A stretch of DNA of 64,000 nucleotides from Thiolinea sp. (lineage in GTDB: Bacteria > Pseudomonadota > Gammaproteobacteria > Thiotrichales > Thiotrichaceae): contig JBATOI010000013.1 of the NCBI GenBank assembly GCA_049290875.1, positions 47,159 to 111,158 of the forward strand. Reading direction: 5' to 3'. Below, piece after piece: positions 19,991 through 30,253 of the stretch. Below the pieces are notes generated by a model. It was not told the origin of the DNA and did no database searches. It saw nothing but the letters and a program-made list of their open reading frames with translations. Numbering within the stretch: the stretch's first letter is position 1; each line of letters begins with the position of its first letter. The position numbers were made by a program, and so were the translations under genes.

Positions 19991-21066
19991 TGGCGCGCCC
20001 AGCTGTAGCCGTGATTGATTTAAATGCAATCCAGCATAACTACCGACTTGCTAAATCGTTAGCACCCCATTCCAAAGCACTCGCAATAATTAAAGCCAAT
20101 GCTTATGGGCATGGTGCTATTAAAGTTGCGCAAGCGTTGGCCACTGAAGCCGATGGTTTTGGGGTGGCTTGTATGGAAGAGGCTTTAGAATTACGCCATT
20201 CGGGTATTAGTTTGCCGATTTTGTTGCTGGAAGGAATCTTCACACCTGATGAATTAATGCTCGCAGATCGTGAATCTTTGTCCTTAGTAGTGCATAACCA
20301 ACAACAATTGGATTATTTGCTAGTTGCTAAACCTAAAAATAAGTTTAAAATCTTTTTAAAAGTTGATACTGGAATGCATCGCCTAGGCTTTGCACCATCT
20401 GAGATCAAAGCGCTTTGGTTTGCACTGCAAAAATGTGTGCATATTGAGTCAGTCATCTTAATGACTCACTTTGCCAGAGCAGATGAGCTAGACAGTAATT
20501 ATACCGTGCAGCAGTTGCAAAGTTTTAAAGCTGCAGTAGCGGGTATTGATCTGCCCTATTGTCTAGCTAATTCGCCAGCGATTTTGGGCTGGCCTGAAGC
20601 GCATTATGACTGTGTAAGACCAGGCTTGATGTTGTATGGCGCTTCACCGTTTAATCAGGCTAATGCAGCTGCACAACAATTGAAGCCTGCAATGAGCTTA
20701 GAATCAGCCTTAATAGGGATTCGGCAGTTAGCGGCAGGCGAAACCATTGGCTATGGTGGGCGTTTCCGTTGTGATAAACCGACTACGGTTGGGGTCGTTG
20801 CCATAGGTTATGCAGACGGCTATCCACGTTATGCAATAGATGGCACGCCAATTGCAGTGAATGGCATACGTACTCGAGTAATCGGGCGCGTGTCGATGGA
20901 TATGATGACAATTGATCTTACAGGTATGAATTGCCAGCTTGGAGATCGAGTGCAATTGTGGGGCGATAGGGTGTTAGCGACCGAAGTCGCGCAAGCAAGT
21001 AGCACTATTCCGTATACTTTGTTTACGGGAGTAACACGACGCGTACCTTTAACTTACCTAGGTTAA
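19990..21066 (+). CDS. dadX: alanine racemase (catabolic)
   Basis: PLP-lysine motif IKANAYGHG, C-terminal GRVSMDM motif, start overlapping the ridA stop. Confidence 0.93.
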   Translation: MARPAVAVIDLNAIQHNYRLAKSLAPHSKALAIIKANAYGHGAIKVAQALATEADGFGVACMEEALELRHSGISLPILLLEGIFTPDELMLADRESLSLVVHNQQQLDYLLVAKPKNKFKIFLKVDTGMHRLGFAPSEIKALWFALQKCVHIESVILMTHFARADELDSNYTVQQLQSFKAAVAGIDLPYCLANSPAILGWPEAHYDCVRPGLMLYGASPFNQANAAAQQLKPAMSLESALIGIRQLAAGETIGYGGRFRCDKPTTVGVVAIGYADGYPRYAIDGTPIAVNGIRTRVIGRVSMDMMTIDLTGMNCQLGDRVQLWGDRVLATEVAQASSTIPYTLFTGVTRRVPLTYLG

Positions 21067-21074
21067 AAAACAAT

Positions 21075-21560
21075 TTAGGTGATATGCAGTTGAGACGATT
21101 CATAAACAGTCTCCATTGCAACAAGGGTACGTGAGTCACGAATGCCCGGTAAAGTATGTAAAATATCCCCCAGCAACGTGCGGTAAGAAGCCATGTTTTT
21201 GATACGTATTTTGAGTAGGTAATCAAAATCACCAGCAACTAAGTGGCATTCAAGGATTTGAGGCCACTGTCGAACGGCGTCACGAAATTGTTCGAAGATA
21301 TCACCTGAGGTGTAGTTTAAACTAATTTCGACAAACACAAGTAAGTTAGCGTCCATTTGGGTAGGGCAGAGTAAGGCTGTATAGCCTTTAATAAAGCCGG
21401 AGCGTTCTAAGCGACGCACCCGCTCAAGACAAGGTGAGGTACTTAAACCAACTTTTTCAGCTAAATCGACGAAAGAAATTCGGCCATCATTTTGTAACTC
21501 ACGCAGAATTTTTTTATCAATTCGATCTAGTTTGGGCTTGCTTTCTAGTGTTGAAGACAC
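21075..21560 (-). CDS. lrp: Lrp/AsnC-family transcriptional regulator
   Basis: LDRIDKKILRELQNDGRISFVDLAEKVGLSTSPCLERVRRLE HTH plus a RAM domain. GTG at 21560 has GAGG 8 nt upstream. The track start (TTG at 21593) adds 11 atypical residues. Confidence 0.88.
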   Translation of the reverse strand: MSSTLESKPKLDRIDKKILRELQNDGRISFVDLAEKVGLSTSPCLERVRRLERSGFIKGYTALLCPTQMDANLLVFVEISLNYTSGDIFEQFRDAVRQWPQILECHLVAGDFDYLLKIRIKNMASYRTLLGDILHTLPGIRDSRTLVAMETVYESSQLHIT

Positions 21561-21849
21561 CTGTAAAACCTCGATAAAAACGACATAATACAATGTGATT
21601 GACTTTAGGGAAAAGACTACTTATTTCTGGTATGAATAAGTCAAATTTCTGATATTTTCTTGACAATCCTATTGGTTTTATTTTCTTATCTGTATGTTTG
21701 TATTGAGTTTTATTTTTTTCGACTCTTAAAGGAATAGTTGTATTTTTCTTTGTAGTACGATAGGTTTAAGTCATCGACTTTAATGTGATTTAAAGCTCGG
21801 TTTTACTAGACGTTGTTATATAACGACATTTGAGAGAAGAGGAGAAACC

Positions 21850-22872
21850 ATGAAATCTGCAAAATTATTGGCAGTAGCGGGCTTGTTATCTGCCAGCTTT
21901 GCAATGCCAGCGGCGCATGCGGGCGCTACACTGGATGCGGTTAAGAAAAATGATGCGGTGAAATGCGGTATCAACACCCCATTCCCAGGCTTTGCTAATC
22001 AAGATGAAAAAGGTAACTGGTCAGGTTTAGATATCGACGTTTGCCGTGCAGTTGCGGTAGCAATTTTCGGCGATCCTAATAAAGTTAAATTTACTTCATT
22101 AACGGCTAAAGAACGTTTCACCGCACTTCAATCGGGTGAAGTGGATATGCTATCACGTAACTCAACCGGTACTTTAAGTCGTGATACTGGCATGGGTTTA
22201 ACCTTTGTTGCCACCAACTATTATGATGGTCAAGGTTTCTTAGTCAAAAACTCACTTAATGTTAAAAGTGCTAAAGAATTAGACGGTGCATCGGTTTGTA
22301 TTCAATCAGGTACGACCACCGAATTAAACTTAGCTGACTATTTCCGTGCTAATAACATGAAGTTTGAGCCAATTACGTATGAAAAATTGGACGAAGTCAC
22401 TAAGGCCTTTGATGAAGGTCGTTGTGACGTTTTAACTTCTGACCAATCTCAGCTTTATTCTAACCGTATTACCTTGAAAGACCCTGCTTCTGCAACTGTA
22501 TTGCCAGAAGTTATTTCGAAAGAGCCATTAGGACCTTTCGTGCGTCAAGGCGATGATGAATGGTTGAAGATTGTGCGTTGGGCATACTATGCGATGGTCG
22601 AAGCCGAAGACTTAGGCATTACTTCGGCGAATGTTGAGGAAATGTCCAAAGGGACTGATCCAAACATTAAGCGTTTCCTAGGTATGGAAGAAGGTGGCGA
22701 CGCTAACTTACCATTAGATAAGAAATGGGCCTATAACGTCGTTAAAATGGTCGGCAACTATGGCGAATCATTTGAGCGTAGCGTTGGTCAAGGCTCACCT
22801 TTGAAAATCAATCGTGGCTTAAATGCACTGTGGAAAAATGGCGGCTTGCAATACTCTCCACCTTTCCGTTAA
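21850..22872 (+). CDS. aapJ: general L-amino-acid ABC transporter substrate-binding protein
   Basis: Signal peptide and AapJ/BztA-like sequence. GAGGAGA RBS. Confidence 0.88.
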   Translation: MKSAKLLAVAGLLSASFAMPAAHAGATLDAVKKNDAVKCGINTPFPGFANQDEKGNWSGLDIDVCRAVAVAIFGDPNKVKFTSLTAKERFTALQSGEVDMLSRNSTGTLSRDTGMGLTFVATNYYDGQGFLVKNSLNVKSAKELDGASVCIQSGTTTELNLADYFRANNMKFEPITYEKLDEVTKAFDEGRCDVLTSDQSQLYSNRITLKDPASATVLPEVISKEPLGPFVRQGDDEWLKIVRWAYYAMVEAEDLGITSANVEEMSKGTDPNIKRFLGMEEGGDANLPLDKKWAYNVVKMVGNYGESFERSVGQGSPLKINRGLNALWKNGGLQYSPPFR

Positions 22873-22925
22873 GCCAAGAGCTTAGTTGAACGACCTGCTC
22901 AAGTTCCTGAGTAGGTTTTTCTCAT

Positions 22926-22961
22926 AGACAGTTGATAACACACTGTATTTATCAACTGTCT
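22926..22961 (+). promoter_or_regulatory. intercistronic 13-bp perfect hairpin
   Basis: AGACAGTTGATAA (22926-22938) / TTATCAACTGTCT (22949-22961) with a 10-nt loop, between the binding-protein and permease genes. Confidence 0.5.
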
Positions 22962-22998
22962 GTCACCACCTTAGCAAATTCGATAGAAAGGCTGGCTT

Positions 22999-24210
22999 AT
23001 GACAGACCCAAACCTCTCTGCATCACCACCACAAAATCTGTCTACCGTGCCTAGCAAACCTTCTTTTTGGAACGATCCACAGAAACGTGCGATGGTATTC
23101 CAAATTTTGTTAGTACTCGGCATTGGCTTATTGTTGTGGTTTATTTTTAGTAACACCTTACACAATCTTCAAACACGCGGGATTAAAACGGGATTCGATT
23201 TTCTAGATCGCCCTGCTGGATTTGGTATTACCCAAACTTTAATTCCTTACACTGAAGCCAGTACCTTTGGCCGTACTTTCTTAGTAGGCTTATTAAATAC
23301 TTTATTAGTGGCAGGTTTAGGCATTATCTTTGCTACGCTACTAGGCTTTACGGTGGGTGTAGCGCGGTTATCCAGTAACTGGTTGATTTCGCGTATGGCC
23401 TTAGTCTTTATTGAAACCATCCGCAATATCCCACCTTTGCTACAAATTTTATTCTGGTATCGCGCTATTTTGCCATTGCTACCCGGGCCTAAGGAAAGCA
23501 TGTCCTTGGCGGAACTATTTTATCTGCATAAGCGCGGATTGACTGTTCCAGCACCATTAACCGAACCCGGTTTCATGTGGAGTTTTTTGGCGTTTATCGG
23601 CGCCATTGTTTTAGCTTTTTTGATAGGGCGTTGGGCCAAACGCCGACGTGAAGCAACAGGCCAGCAATTCCCCATATTGTGGACAGCCATAGGGCTGATT
23701 ATTGGCTTGCCTTTGATCGTGTTTTTCCTAACAGGTGCTCCTTTAAGTTGGGATGTACCCGCCTTAAAAGGTTTTAACTTCCAAGGTGGCTTGACGGTTA
23801 TTCCAGAGTTAACGGCCTTACTGTTAGCGCTTAGCATTTATACCGCAGCCTTTATTGCAGAAATTGTGCGCTCGGGTATTCAGTCGGTCAGCAAAGGCCA
23901 ATCAGAGGCAGCGGGTTCTTTGGGATTACGTCCTAATCGCACCTTGCAATTAGTAATTATCCCGCAAGCGATGCGCGTCATTATTCCGCAGCTGACCAGC
24001 CAATATCTGAATCTCACTAAGAACACTTCTTTGGGGGTGGCAATTGGATATCCTGATCTAGTCAACGTCTTCGCTGGAACGACTTTGAACCAAACGGGGC
24101 AGGCGGTGGAAATCATCTTCATGACTATGTTGGTTTACTTAGTGATTAGCTTGGTCATTTCCATGTTTATGAACTGGTATAACAAACGTATGGCGTTGGT
24201 GGAGCGTTGA
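22999..24210 (+). CDS. aapQ: amino-acid ABC transporter permease
   Basis: 403-aa polytopic protein with an EAA-loop region (GQSEAAGSLGL). Confidence 0.88.
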   Translation: MTDPNLSASPPQNLSTVPSKPSFWNDPQKRAMVFQILLVLGIGLLLWFIFSNTLHNLQTRGIKTGFDFLDRPAGFGITQTLIPYTEASTFGRTFLVGLLNTLLVAGLGIIFATLLGFTVGVARLSSNWLISRMALVFIETIRNIPPLLQILFWYRAILPLLPGPKESMSLAELFYLHKRGLTVPAPLTEPGFMWSFLAFIGAIVLAFLIGRWAKRRREATGQQFPILWTAIGLIIGLPLIVFFLTGAPLSWDVPALKGFNFQGGLTVIPELTALLLALSIYTAAFIAEIVRSGIQSVSKGQSEAAGSLGLRPNRTLQLVIIPQAMRVIIPQLTSQYLNLTKNTSLGVAIGYPDLVNVFAGTTLNQTGQAVEIIFMTMLVYLVISLVISMFMNWYNKRMALVER

Positions 24211-24211
24211 T

Positions 24212-25312
24212 ATGACAGCATTTATTACTCATGAAACCTTACCCAGCCTACCAGCGCCTAATACCTTAAAAGGCCCTGTGGCTTGGATGCGCCAAAACCT
24301 GTTTTCTAACTGGCTGAATAGCGTTCTTACAGTCATTTTGCTAATTGGCATCTTGGCAGCTTTGATTCCTTTCATTAATTGGGCTTTTATTAAAGCTGAT
24401 TGGATAGGAACCAGCCGTGACGATTGCACCAGTGGCGGCGCCTGTTGGGTGTTCGTTTATGTCCACTTCAAGTTATTCATGGTCGGTTTGTATCCTGAAG
24501 CTGAAACCTGGCGTACTTTATTGGTGGGAGCGATTCTAGTCGTCACCTTAGCAGGCTTAATGATTAAGGGTGTGCCATTTAAAAAGTACATTCAAATCTT
24601 TGCTTTAATTGCTTTTCCAGTGATTGCTTTCATGCTGCTCTCTGGCGGATCGTTTGGTTTGCCCCATGTAGAAACCAATTTCTGGGGTGGCTTATTACTG
24701 ACCTTAGTGATCTCCATTGTTGGCATTGTAGCAGCCTTCCCGCTAGGTATTTTGCTAGCGTTAGGTCGCCGCTCTTCTATGCCGATTGTAAAAGCCATTT
24801 GTGTGGTATTTATCGAAGTATGGCGCGGTGTGCCTTTAATTACCGTGCTATTTATGTCTTCAGTGATGCTACCTTTGTTTTTACCAGCGGGTATGGAGAT
24901 TGATAAGCTACTACGTGCTTTGGTGGGTATTACCTTATTCCAATCAGCGTATTTAGCGGAAGTCGTGCGCAGCGGTTTGCAAGCCATTCCAAAAGGTCAA
25001 ACTGAAGCGGCGAATTCGTTAGGTTTAACCTATTGGCAAGGCATGTATAAAGTTACTCTGCCACAAGCGCTGAAGATCGTTATTCCGGGGATTGTGAACT
25101 CGTTCATCTCCTTATTTAAAGACACCTCGTTAGTATTAATCATTGGCTTGTTTGATTTGTTGGCGACAATTCAAGGCGCATTTGCTAGCCCGAAATGGTT
25201 AGGTTATGCGATTGAAGGTTATTTATTCGCCGCATTTGTTTATTGGATTTTCTGCTTTGGTATGTCGCGTTACAGCCAACATGTAGAACGTAGTCTGAAA
25301 ACCACTAATTAA
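24212..25312 (+). CDS. aapM: amino-acid ABC transporter permease
   Basis: 366-aa polytopic protein with an EAA loop (GQTEAANSLGL). Confidence 0.88.
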   Translation: MTAFITHETLPSLPAPNTLKGPVAWMRQNLFSNWLNSVLTVILLIGILAALIPFINWAFIKADWIGTSRDDCTSGGACWVFVYVHFKLFMVGLYPEAETWRTLLVGAILVVTLAGLMIKGVPFKKYIQIFALIAFPVIAFMLLSGGSFGLPHVETNFWGGLLLTLVISIVGIVAAFPLGILLALGRRSSMPIVKAICVVFIEVWRGVPLITVLFMSSVMLPLFLPAGMEIDKLLRALVGITLFQSAYLAEVVRSGLQAIPKGQTEAANSLGLTYWQGMYKVTLPQALKIVIPGIVNSFISLFKDTSLVLIIGLFDLLATIQGAFASPKWLGYAIEGYLFAAFVYWIFCFGMSRYSQHVERSLKTTN

Positions 25313-25339
25313 ACAGCCTAGACAAGATTGAGGATTTGT

Positions 25340-26101
25340 ATGGAAACTGCTACTGAAACTAAACCCGAAATTGCGGTCAGCCTACGTGAAGTCAATAAAT
25401 GGTATGGCGACTTTCACGTATTGAAAAATGTGAACCTAGATGTGGAGCGCGGTCAACGTATCGTTATTTGCGGCCCCTCTGGTTCGGGTAAATCTACCAT
25501 GATTCGCTGCATTAACCGTTTGGAAGAACACCAAGCCGGGCAGATTCTGGTTGATGGCATTGAATTAAATAATGACTTAAAAAACATCGACCAAATTCGT
25601 CGTGAAGTGGGTATGGTGTTCCAACACTTTAATTTATTTCCGCATTTAACCGTGCTGGAAAATTGCTGCTTAGCGCCGATGTGGGTACGTAAGATCCCAC
25701 GTAAGCAAGCCGAAGCGACCGCGATGGAATACTTAGAGCGCGTTAAAATTCCGCACCAAGCCAAGAAATTTCCGGGGCAATTGTCCGGTGGTCAACAACA
25801 ACGGGTGGCGATAGCACGTAGTCTGTGTATGAAGCCACGCATCATGTTGTTCGACGAACCGACCTCAGCACTTGACCCTGAAATGATCAAGGAAGTCTTG
25901 GATACCATGATTGAGCTGGCGGAAAGCGGCATGACCATGCTGTGTGTTACCCACGAAATGGGCTTTGCTAAAACCGTTGCGGACTCAGTGATTTTCATGG
26001 ATGGCGGGCAGATTATTGAAAGTAATACGCCGGATGAGTTCTTTAATCATCCACAGCATGAACGTACTAAGTTGTTCTTGAGCCAGATTCTGGCGCATTA
26101 A
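25340..26101 (+). CDS. aapP: amino-acid ABC transporter ATP-binding protein
   Basis: Walker [10 protein letters not shown], signature LSGGQQQR, Walker [11 protein letters not shown]. Confidence 0.92.
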   Translation: METATETKPEIAVSLREVNKWYGDFHVLKNVNLDVERGQRIVICGPSGSGKSTMIRCINRLEEHQAGQILVDGIELNNDLKNIDQIRREVGMVFQHFNLFPHLTVLENCCLAPMWVRKIPRKQAEATAMEYLERVKIPHQAKKFPGQLSGGQQQRVAIARSLCMKPRIMLFDEPTSALDPEMIKEVLDTMIELAESGMTMLCVTHEMGFAKTVADSVIFMDGGQIIESNTPDEFFNHPQHERTKLFLSQILAH

Positions 26102-26121
26102 TTTAGTGTGATTGTGAACAG

Positions 26122-26149
26122 AAAGCCGCTCTTATAGCGGCTTTTTTTA
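26122..26149 (+). terminator. rho-independent terminator
   Basis: AGCCGCT (26124-26130) / AGCGGCT (26136-26142) stem followed by a T7 run. Confidence 0.8.
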
Positions 26150-26230
26150 TGCAGTATTTTTTTGAGGCTTTTAGCGTTCTAAGCGAACAGCTATCTACAA
26201 TCCGAGTAGCTAGATTGAGAGATTAAAATA

Positions 26231-26452
26231 ATGGAAGAAACTAAGCGTAATCGCCGCCGCAATACGTCGCGTGTGTTAGTAGATAATACAGTTCCTTCGC
26301 CTTGTATCGGTGTTTGTTGGTTGAATGATCAATCCGGTTTATGTGAGGGGTGCTTGCGTACTGGTGATGAAATTCGTGATTGGATGATTATGACTGGTGA
26401 GCAAAAACTGCAATTACTGCAGGTATTAGAACAGCGCTTTACCAGCGTTTAA
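26231..26452 (+). CDS. DUF1289-family small Cys-rich protein
   Basis: PCIGVCWLNDQSGLCEGCLRTGDEIRDW is the characteristic DUF1289 motif. Confidence 0.75.
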   Translation: MEETKRNRRRNTSRVLVDNTVPSPCIGVCWLNDQSGLCEGCLRTGDEIRDWMIMTGEQKLQLLQVLEQRFTSV

Positions 26453-26491
26453 GCTAAGACATACGCGCTAAATTCTAAGGAAAGATAAATT

Positions 26492-27175
26492 ATGCAGAAT
26501 GTTGATCACAGTCGCCGCCAAGCCTTAATCCAATTAGCAGCAGGCAGTATCGCTTTAAGCGCTAGCACAGCTTGGGCGCGGATTACGCCAAGTTGCATTC
26601 TCACCCCTGAGCAAACTGAAGGGCCATACTTCGTCGATACTAAGCTTGAGCGCTCAGATGTTCGGAGTGATCCTAATACAAAGCAGGTCAGTGTGGGTGT
26701 GCCTTTGCATTTGCAGCTTCAAGTCACAGGCATCAAAGCAGGGCAGTGCCAACCGTTGCCGGGAGCCATCGTGGATATTTGGCATTGCAATGCAGCCGGG
26801 GTGTATTCCGATGTGGATAATGCAGCAGGACAACAATTTTTGCGTGGCTATCAGATTACCGATCAGCGCGGCAAAGTGAATTTCGTCACGATTTATCCGG
26901 GTTGGTATCCGGGGCGCGCAATACATATTCACTTTAAAGTACGTACAGCGACTCGTTCAGGCAAAGCTGAGTTACTCACCTCCCAATTGTATTTTGATGA
27001 GGCAGTGACTAAACAAGTTTATAAGCAGCAGCCTTATGCTGAGCGAGCAACGGGTTATCAAACGAACGAACGCGATGGCATTTATCGCTCAGGTGGCAAG
27101 CAATTGCTATTACGCCCTGAACAGGACGAACGGGGCTATGTTGCGGTGTTTGGTATCGGCTTAATGCTTAGCTAG
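26492..27175 (+). CDS. intradiol ring-cleavage dioxygenase-like protein (Tat-exported)
   Basis: Tat-like SRRQALIQLAAGS signal. IWHCNAAGVYS and GRAIHIHFKV motifs of the intradiol dioxygenase fold. Confidence 0.75.
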   Translation: MQNVDHSRRQALIQLAAGSIALSASTAWARITPSCILTPEQTEGPYFVDTKLERSDVRSDPNTKQVSVGVPLHLQLQVTGIKAGQCQPLPGAIVDIWHCNAAGVYSDVDNAAGQQFLRGYQITDQRGKVNFVTIYPGWYPGRAIHIHFKVRTATRSGKAELLTSQLYFDEAVTKQVYKQQPYAERATGYQTNERDGIYRSGGKQLLLRPEQDERGYVAVFGIGLMLS

Positions 27176-27686
27176 GGCGGACATTACCTGCTTCAGGATT
27201 ACGATGCTGCAACTGGCTTAAGTCACTGCCGCTTAAACTATAAGCCTTCCCAAAACCCGCCACATAATTGCCTGAACTTGGCGTCAGGCAGAATAAATGG
27301 AAATCGGGCAGGGTTTGTAAGAGCCGCATAAACTTGCCAAAGCGTTCATGAAATAAAGCTAAAATGACCTCAGAACTAGCAGCATCGAGTGCTAATGCTT
27401 CAGCCGTACAATGTAGGCTGACGCGCTTGCGCGCAAATAAATTTGGGGTGTCGGCTTCATTTTCAATAAATAGTAGGCTGCAAGTTTTAGTTTGAAGTAA
27501 ATTCTGTGTATGTACCGCTAACTCACTGATAAAGATGTAGTATTTCCCATCAAACTCAACATAAGGCGCATAGCTTGCTTCGGGAGTATTGTTAGCGCTG
27601 GTGCTGGCAATTAATACGCTTTTGAAGCCTGCAATGAACTCACGATATTCTTGCAGTAGAACGCTTAAATCTTTGCTTTGGCTCAT
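27168..27686 (-). CDS. PNPOx-like split-barrel protein (HugZ/HutZ-like)
   Basis: 172 aa. SVLIASTSANNTPEASYAPYV... is typical of the pyridoxamine-5'-phosphate-oxidase-related haem-utilisation family. The assignment is from memory of family features only. Confidence 0.55.
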   Translation of the reverse strand: MSQSKDLSVLLQEYREFIAGFKSVLIASTSANNTPEASYAPYVEFDGKYYIFISELAVHTQNLLQTKTCSLLFIENEADTPNLFARKRVSLHCTAEALALDAASSEVILALFHERFGKFMRLLQTLPDFHLFCLTPSSGNYVAGFGKAYSLSGSDLSQLQHRNPEAGNVRPS

Positions 27687-28753
27687 GATCTTATCTCTTT
27701 TTCTGCAATTAGGAGGTGTGCTATCAAGGGCATGAATAAGGTAATGGCCACTATCCGTGATAGATGATGCACTGCGATATAAGCAGGATCATAGTGTAAA
27801 GCTAGTGCCAGTGCTGCCATCGCTTCAATGCCTCCGGGCGCATACGCGATCCACACCTGACCAAAGGGTAGGTCTAAAGCAGTTGCCATCAAGCCAGCAC
27901 CTAAGGCTGCAATAATACTGCTCAAGCCTACACTAATGAAGGCGGCGAGGGATAGGGAGCGCAACTCGGCTATTTTCATGCCTTTTAAGCGGGTGCCGAC
28001 TACGCAACCAATAATCACAAAACCTAAAGTGACAATAGCATTGGGTAAATTGCCGCTTAGCCAACCGCTGATATGCCCCGCTCCACTAAGGATTAAGCCT
28101 GCTAACACGTAAGCCGCAGGTAGCTTTAGTTTGTCGAGCATTTGCGCAATTGCAAAAGCAGTCAGTAAGAGCGCGGGAACTGTCTGCCAAGGCAAGGAAG
28201 TTTGCTGGGTAGCAGTTAAATGCATGCTGCCTTGTAAGTTGAGGCCATGAATGATGAGTGGAAAGCTGAGCATTACTAAAATTAAACGTAAGCTCTGCAA
28301 CACCACGACGGTGCTCAACTCACCTTTACCTTCGCTGGCTAAGGCAACGACCGTGGATAAAGCGCCGGGAGTGGAAGCGAGCAGCGCGGTATTTTTAGTT
28401 TGCTGAAAGTATTTAACTAGTACCCAAGTGCTCGCTACCATCATGGCGGTTACCGTAGCGCCTAAACCCAACAGGCTTAATGGCCATTGGCCAATTTTGG
28501 CGAGCATTTCTTGGGTAATGCTGCTACCCATCGAACAGCCTAAAATGGTAAAACCTAGGTTGCGCATCAGCGTGGGCATGCATAGAGGCAACGGCGTGAA
28601 GGCAAGAACTGCAATTAATAATCCACTGCCAAGTAAAGCAGCGACAGGCAGATGAATCAGTTGTGCTAAGCCTGCACCTAGATAGCCGAGTGTCAGAGTA
28701 AAGAGGATGGTGCTTGCTTGAATAGCAAAGTCTTTTGAAGTTGTTGCGCCCAC
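27683..28753 (-). CDS. AbrB-family (duplicated) integral membrane protein
   Basis: 356-aa protein with about 10 TM segments and internal duplication. N-terminus resembles the membrane AbrB family. GTG start. Confidence 0.7.
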   Translation of the reverse strand: MGATTSKDFAIQASTILFTLTLGYLGAGLAQLIHLPVAALLGSGLLIAVLAFTPLPLCMPTLMRNLGFTILGCSMGSSITQEMLAKIGQWPLSLLGLGATVTAMMVASTWVLVKYFQQTKNTALLASTPGALSTVVALASEGKGELSTVVVLQSLRLILVMLSFPLIIHGLNLQGSMHLTATQQTSLPWQTVPALLLTAFAIAQMLDKLKLPAAYVLAGLILSGAGHISGWLSGNLPNAIVTLGFVIIGCVVGTRLKGMKIAELRSLSLAAFISVGLSSIIAALGAGLMATALDLPFGQVWIAYAPGGIEAMAALALALHYDPAYIAVHHLSRIVAITLFMPLIAHLLIAEKEIRS

Positions 28754-29037
28754 AATACTAAAGTTGTTTTCATCAAAGAAAGCGAGTTAGTATAGCGTTT
28801 TAGGCTGGTTAATGTCTGGGCTAGCGGCGGCTATTCTTCAATAAAAATGCTTATTTGCGGGCTAACTGTACATTTTATTGTCGTTTTGGAGCCTTTAATT
28901 TTTCGTCCTGAAATAAATCTACAGTTTCAGTTGGCAAGCACTAAACCTCTGACGTATAGTCAATTAATCGGCTTGTCATAAACCATTGCTAGCATCTAGC
29001 TCCACACATAACTATCTCAATTTGGGAGAGACCAACT

Positions 29038-30147
29038 ATGTCAAAATCAAGCATCCGTGCAACACTGCTGTCTACCGCCATTGCAGCCGCAGTTTGTGCA
29101 ACAACCGCTTCAGCTGAAGACTTAGCTGCTATTGAAAAAGCAGCTAAAGCAGAAGGCATGCTCACGACGATTGCCTTGCCGCATGATTGGTGTGGTTATG
29201 GCGGAATTATTGAAAGTTTCCAGAAAAAATACCCAGAAATCAAAGTGAATGAGCTCAATCCTGATGCAGGTTCTAAGGATGAAATTGAAGCCATTCGCGC
29301 GAACAAAGACAATAAAGGCCCACAAGCACCGGATGTCATCGATGTAGGTTTCTCATTTGGTCCAGCGGCTAAGAAAGAAGGTTTGTTGCAGCCTTATAAA
29401 GTTTCTACTTGGGATTCGATTCCTGAAAATGTAAAAGATGCAGAAGGCTATTTCTACGGTGACTACTATGGTGTTTTAGCCTTTGCAGTGAATAAAGATC
29501 TGGTCAAAACGATGCCAGAAGACTGGGCTGATTTACTCAAGCCTGAATTTGCTAATAGTGTTGCTTTAGCAGGCGACCCACGGGCGTCTAACCAAGCGAT
29601 TCTTGCTGTGTATGCCGCTGGTTTATCCGCAGGCGCAACCGGTGCTGAGGCGGTGGGTCAGGCAGGTTTAGATTATTTTGCGAAGATGAATAAAGCCGGT
29701 AATTTCGTTCCGACCATTGGTAAGGCTGGCACGATTGCTCAGGGTGCAACACCGGTTGTGATTATGTGGGACTACAATGGTTTGTCGGCGCGTGAAACCT
29801 TAAAAGGCAATCCACCTGTTGAAGTCGTAGTGCCTAAAACCGGTGTAGTCGCGGGCGTTTATGTCCAAGGTATTAGTGCGTTTGCGCCGCATCCGAACGC
29901 GGCCAAGTTGTGGATGGAGCATTTGTATTCTGATGAAGGCCAATTAGGCTGGTTAAAAGGTTATTGCCATCCAGCTCGCTTCAATAGCATGGTTGCTGAG
30001 AATAAGGTTCCAAAAGAGTTATTAGATGCTCTGCCACCTGCTGCTGCTTATGAAAAAGCAACTTTCCCAACGGTAGAAGATCAAGATGCCTCTAAAGTTG
30101 TGATCACTGGCAAATGGGATGCTGTTGTAGGCGCCAATGTAAAATAA
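29038..30147 (+). CDS. ABC transporter periplasmic substrate-binding protein (PotD/AfuA-like), substrate unknown
   Basis: Signal peptide, family-1 solute-binding protein features, GGAGAG RBS. Confidence 0.85.
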   Translation: MSKSSIRATLLSTAIAAAVCATTASAEDLAAIEKAAKAEGMLTTIALPHDWCGYGGIIESFQKKYPEIKVNELNPDAGSKDEIEAIRANKDNKGPQAPDVIDVGFSFGPAAKKEGLLQPYKVSTWDSIPENVKDAEGYFYGDYYGVLAFAVNKDLVKTMPEDWADLLKPEFANSVALAGDPRASNQAILAVYAAGLSAGATGAEAVGQAGLDYFAKMNKAGNFVPTIGKAGTIAQGATPVVIMWDYNGLSARETLKGNPPVEVVVPKTGVVAGVYVQGISAFAPHPNAAKLWMEHLYSDEGQLGWLKGYCHPARFNSMVAENKVPKELLDALPPAAAYEKATFPTVEDQDASKVVITGKWDAVVGANVK

Positions 30148-30167
30148 GACTTAATTATCGTTGTAGG

Positions 30168-30192
30168 CAGCCTCTTTGAATTAAAGGGGCTG
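30168..30192 (+). promoter_or_regulatory. intercistronic hairpin after the binding-protein gene
   Basis: CAGCCTCTTT (30168-30177) pairs with AAAGGGGCTG (30183-30192) with one G-U pair and a 5-nt loop. Confidence 0.45.
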
Positions 30193-30253
30193 TTAGTTAG
30201 TTTGTCTTGCTCGTTAAACTGGCCTCACCACAGCCCAACCTGAGCTTTGCTGT

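Noticed and set aside
28754-29037. Riboswitch (TPP or cobalamin) or sigma-54 promoter upstream of the second ABC importer
   Set aside because: No conserved riboswitch core (for example CUGAGA for TPP) was found. TTGGCAAGCACTAAAC lacks the -12 GC element, so nothing is supportable.
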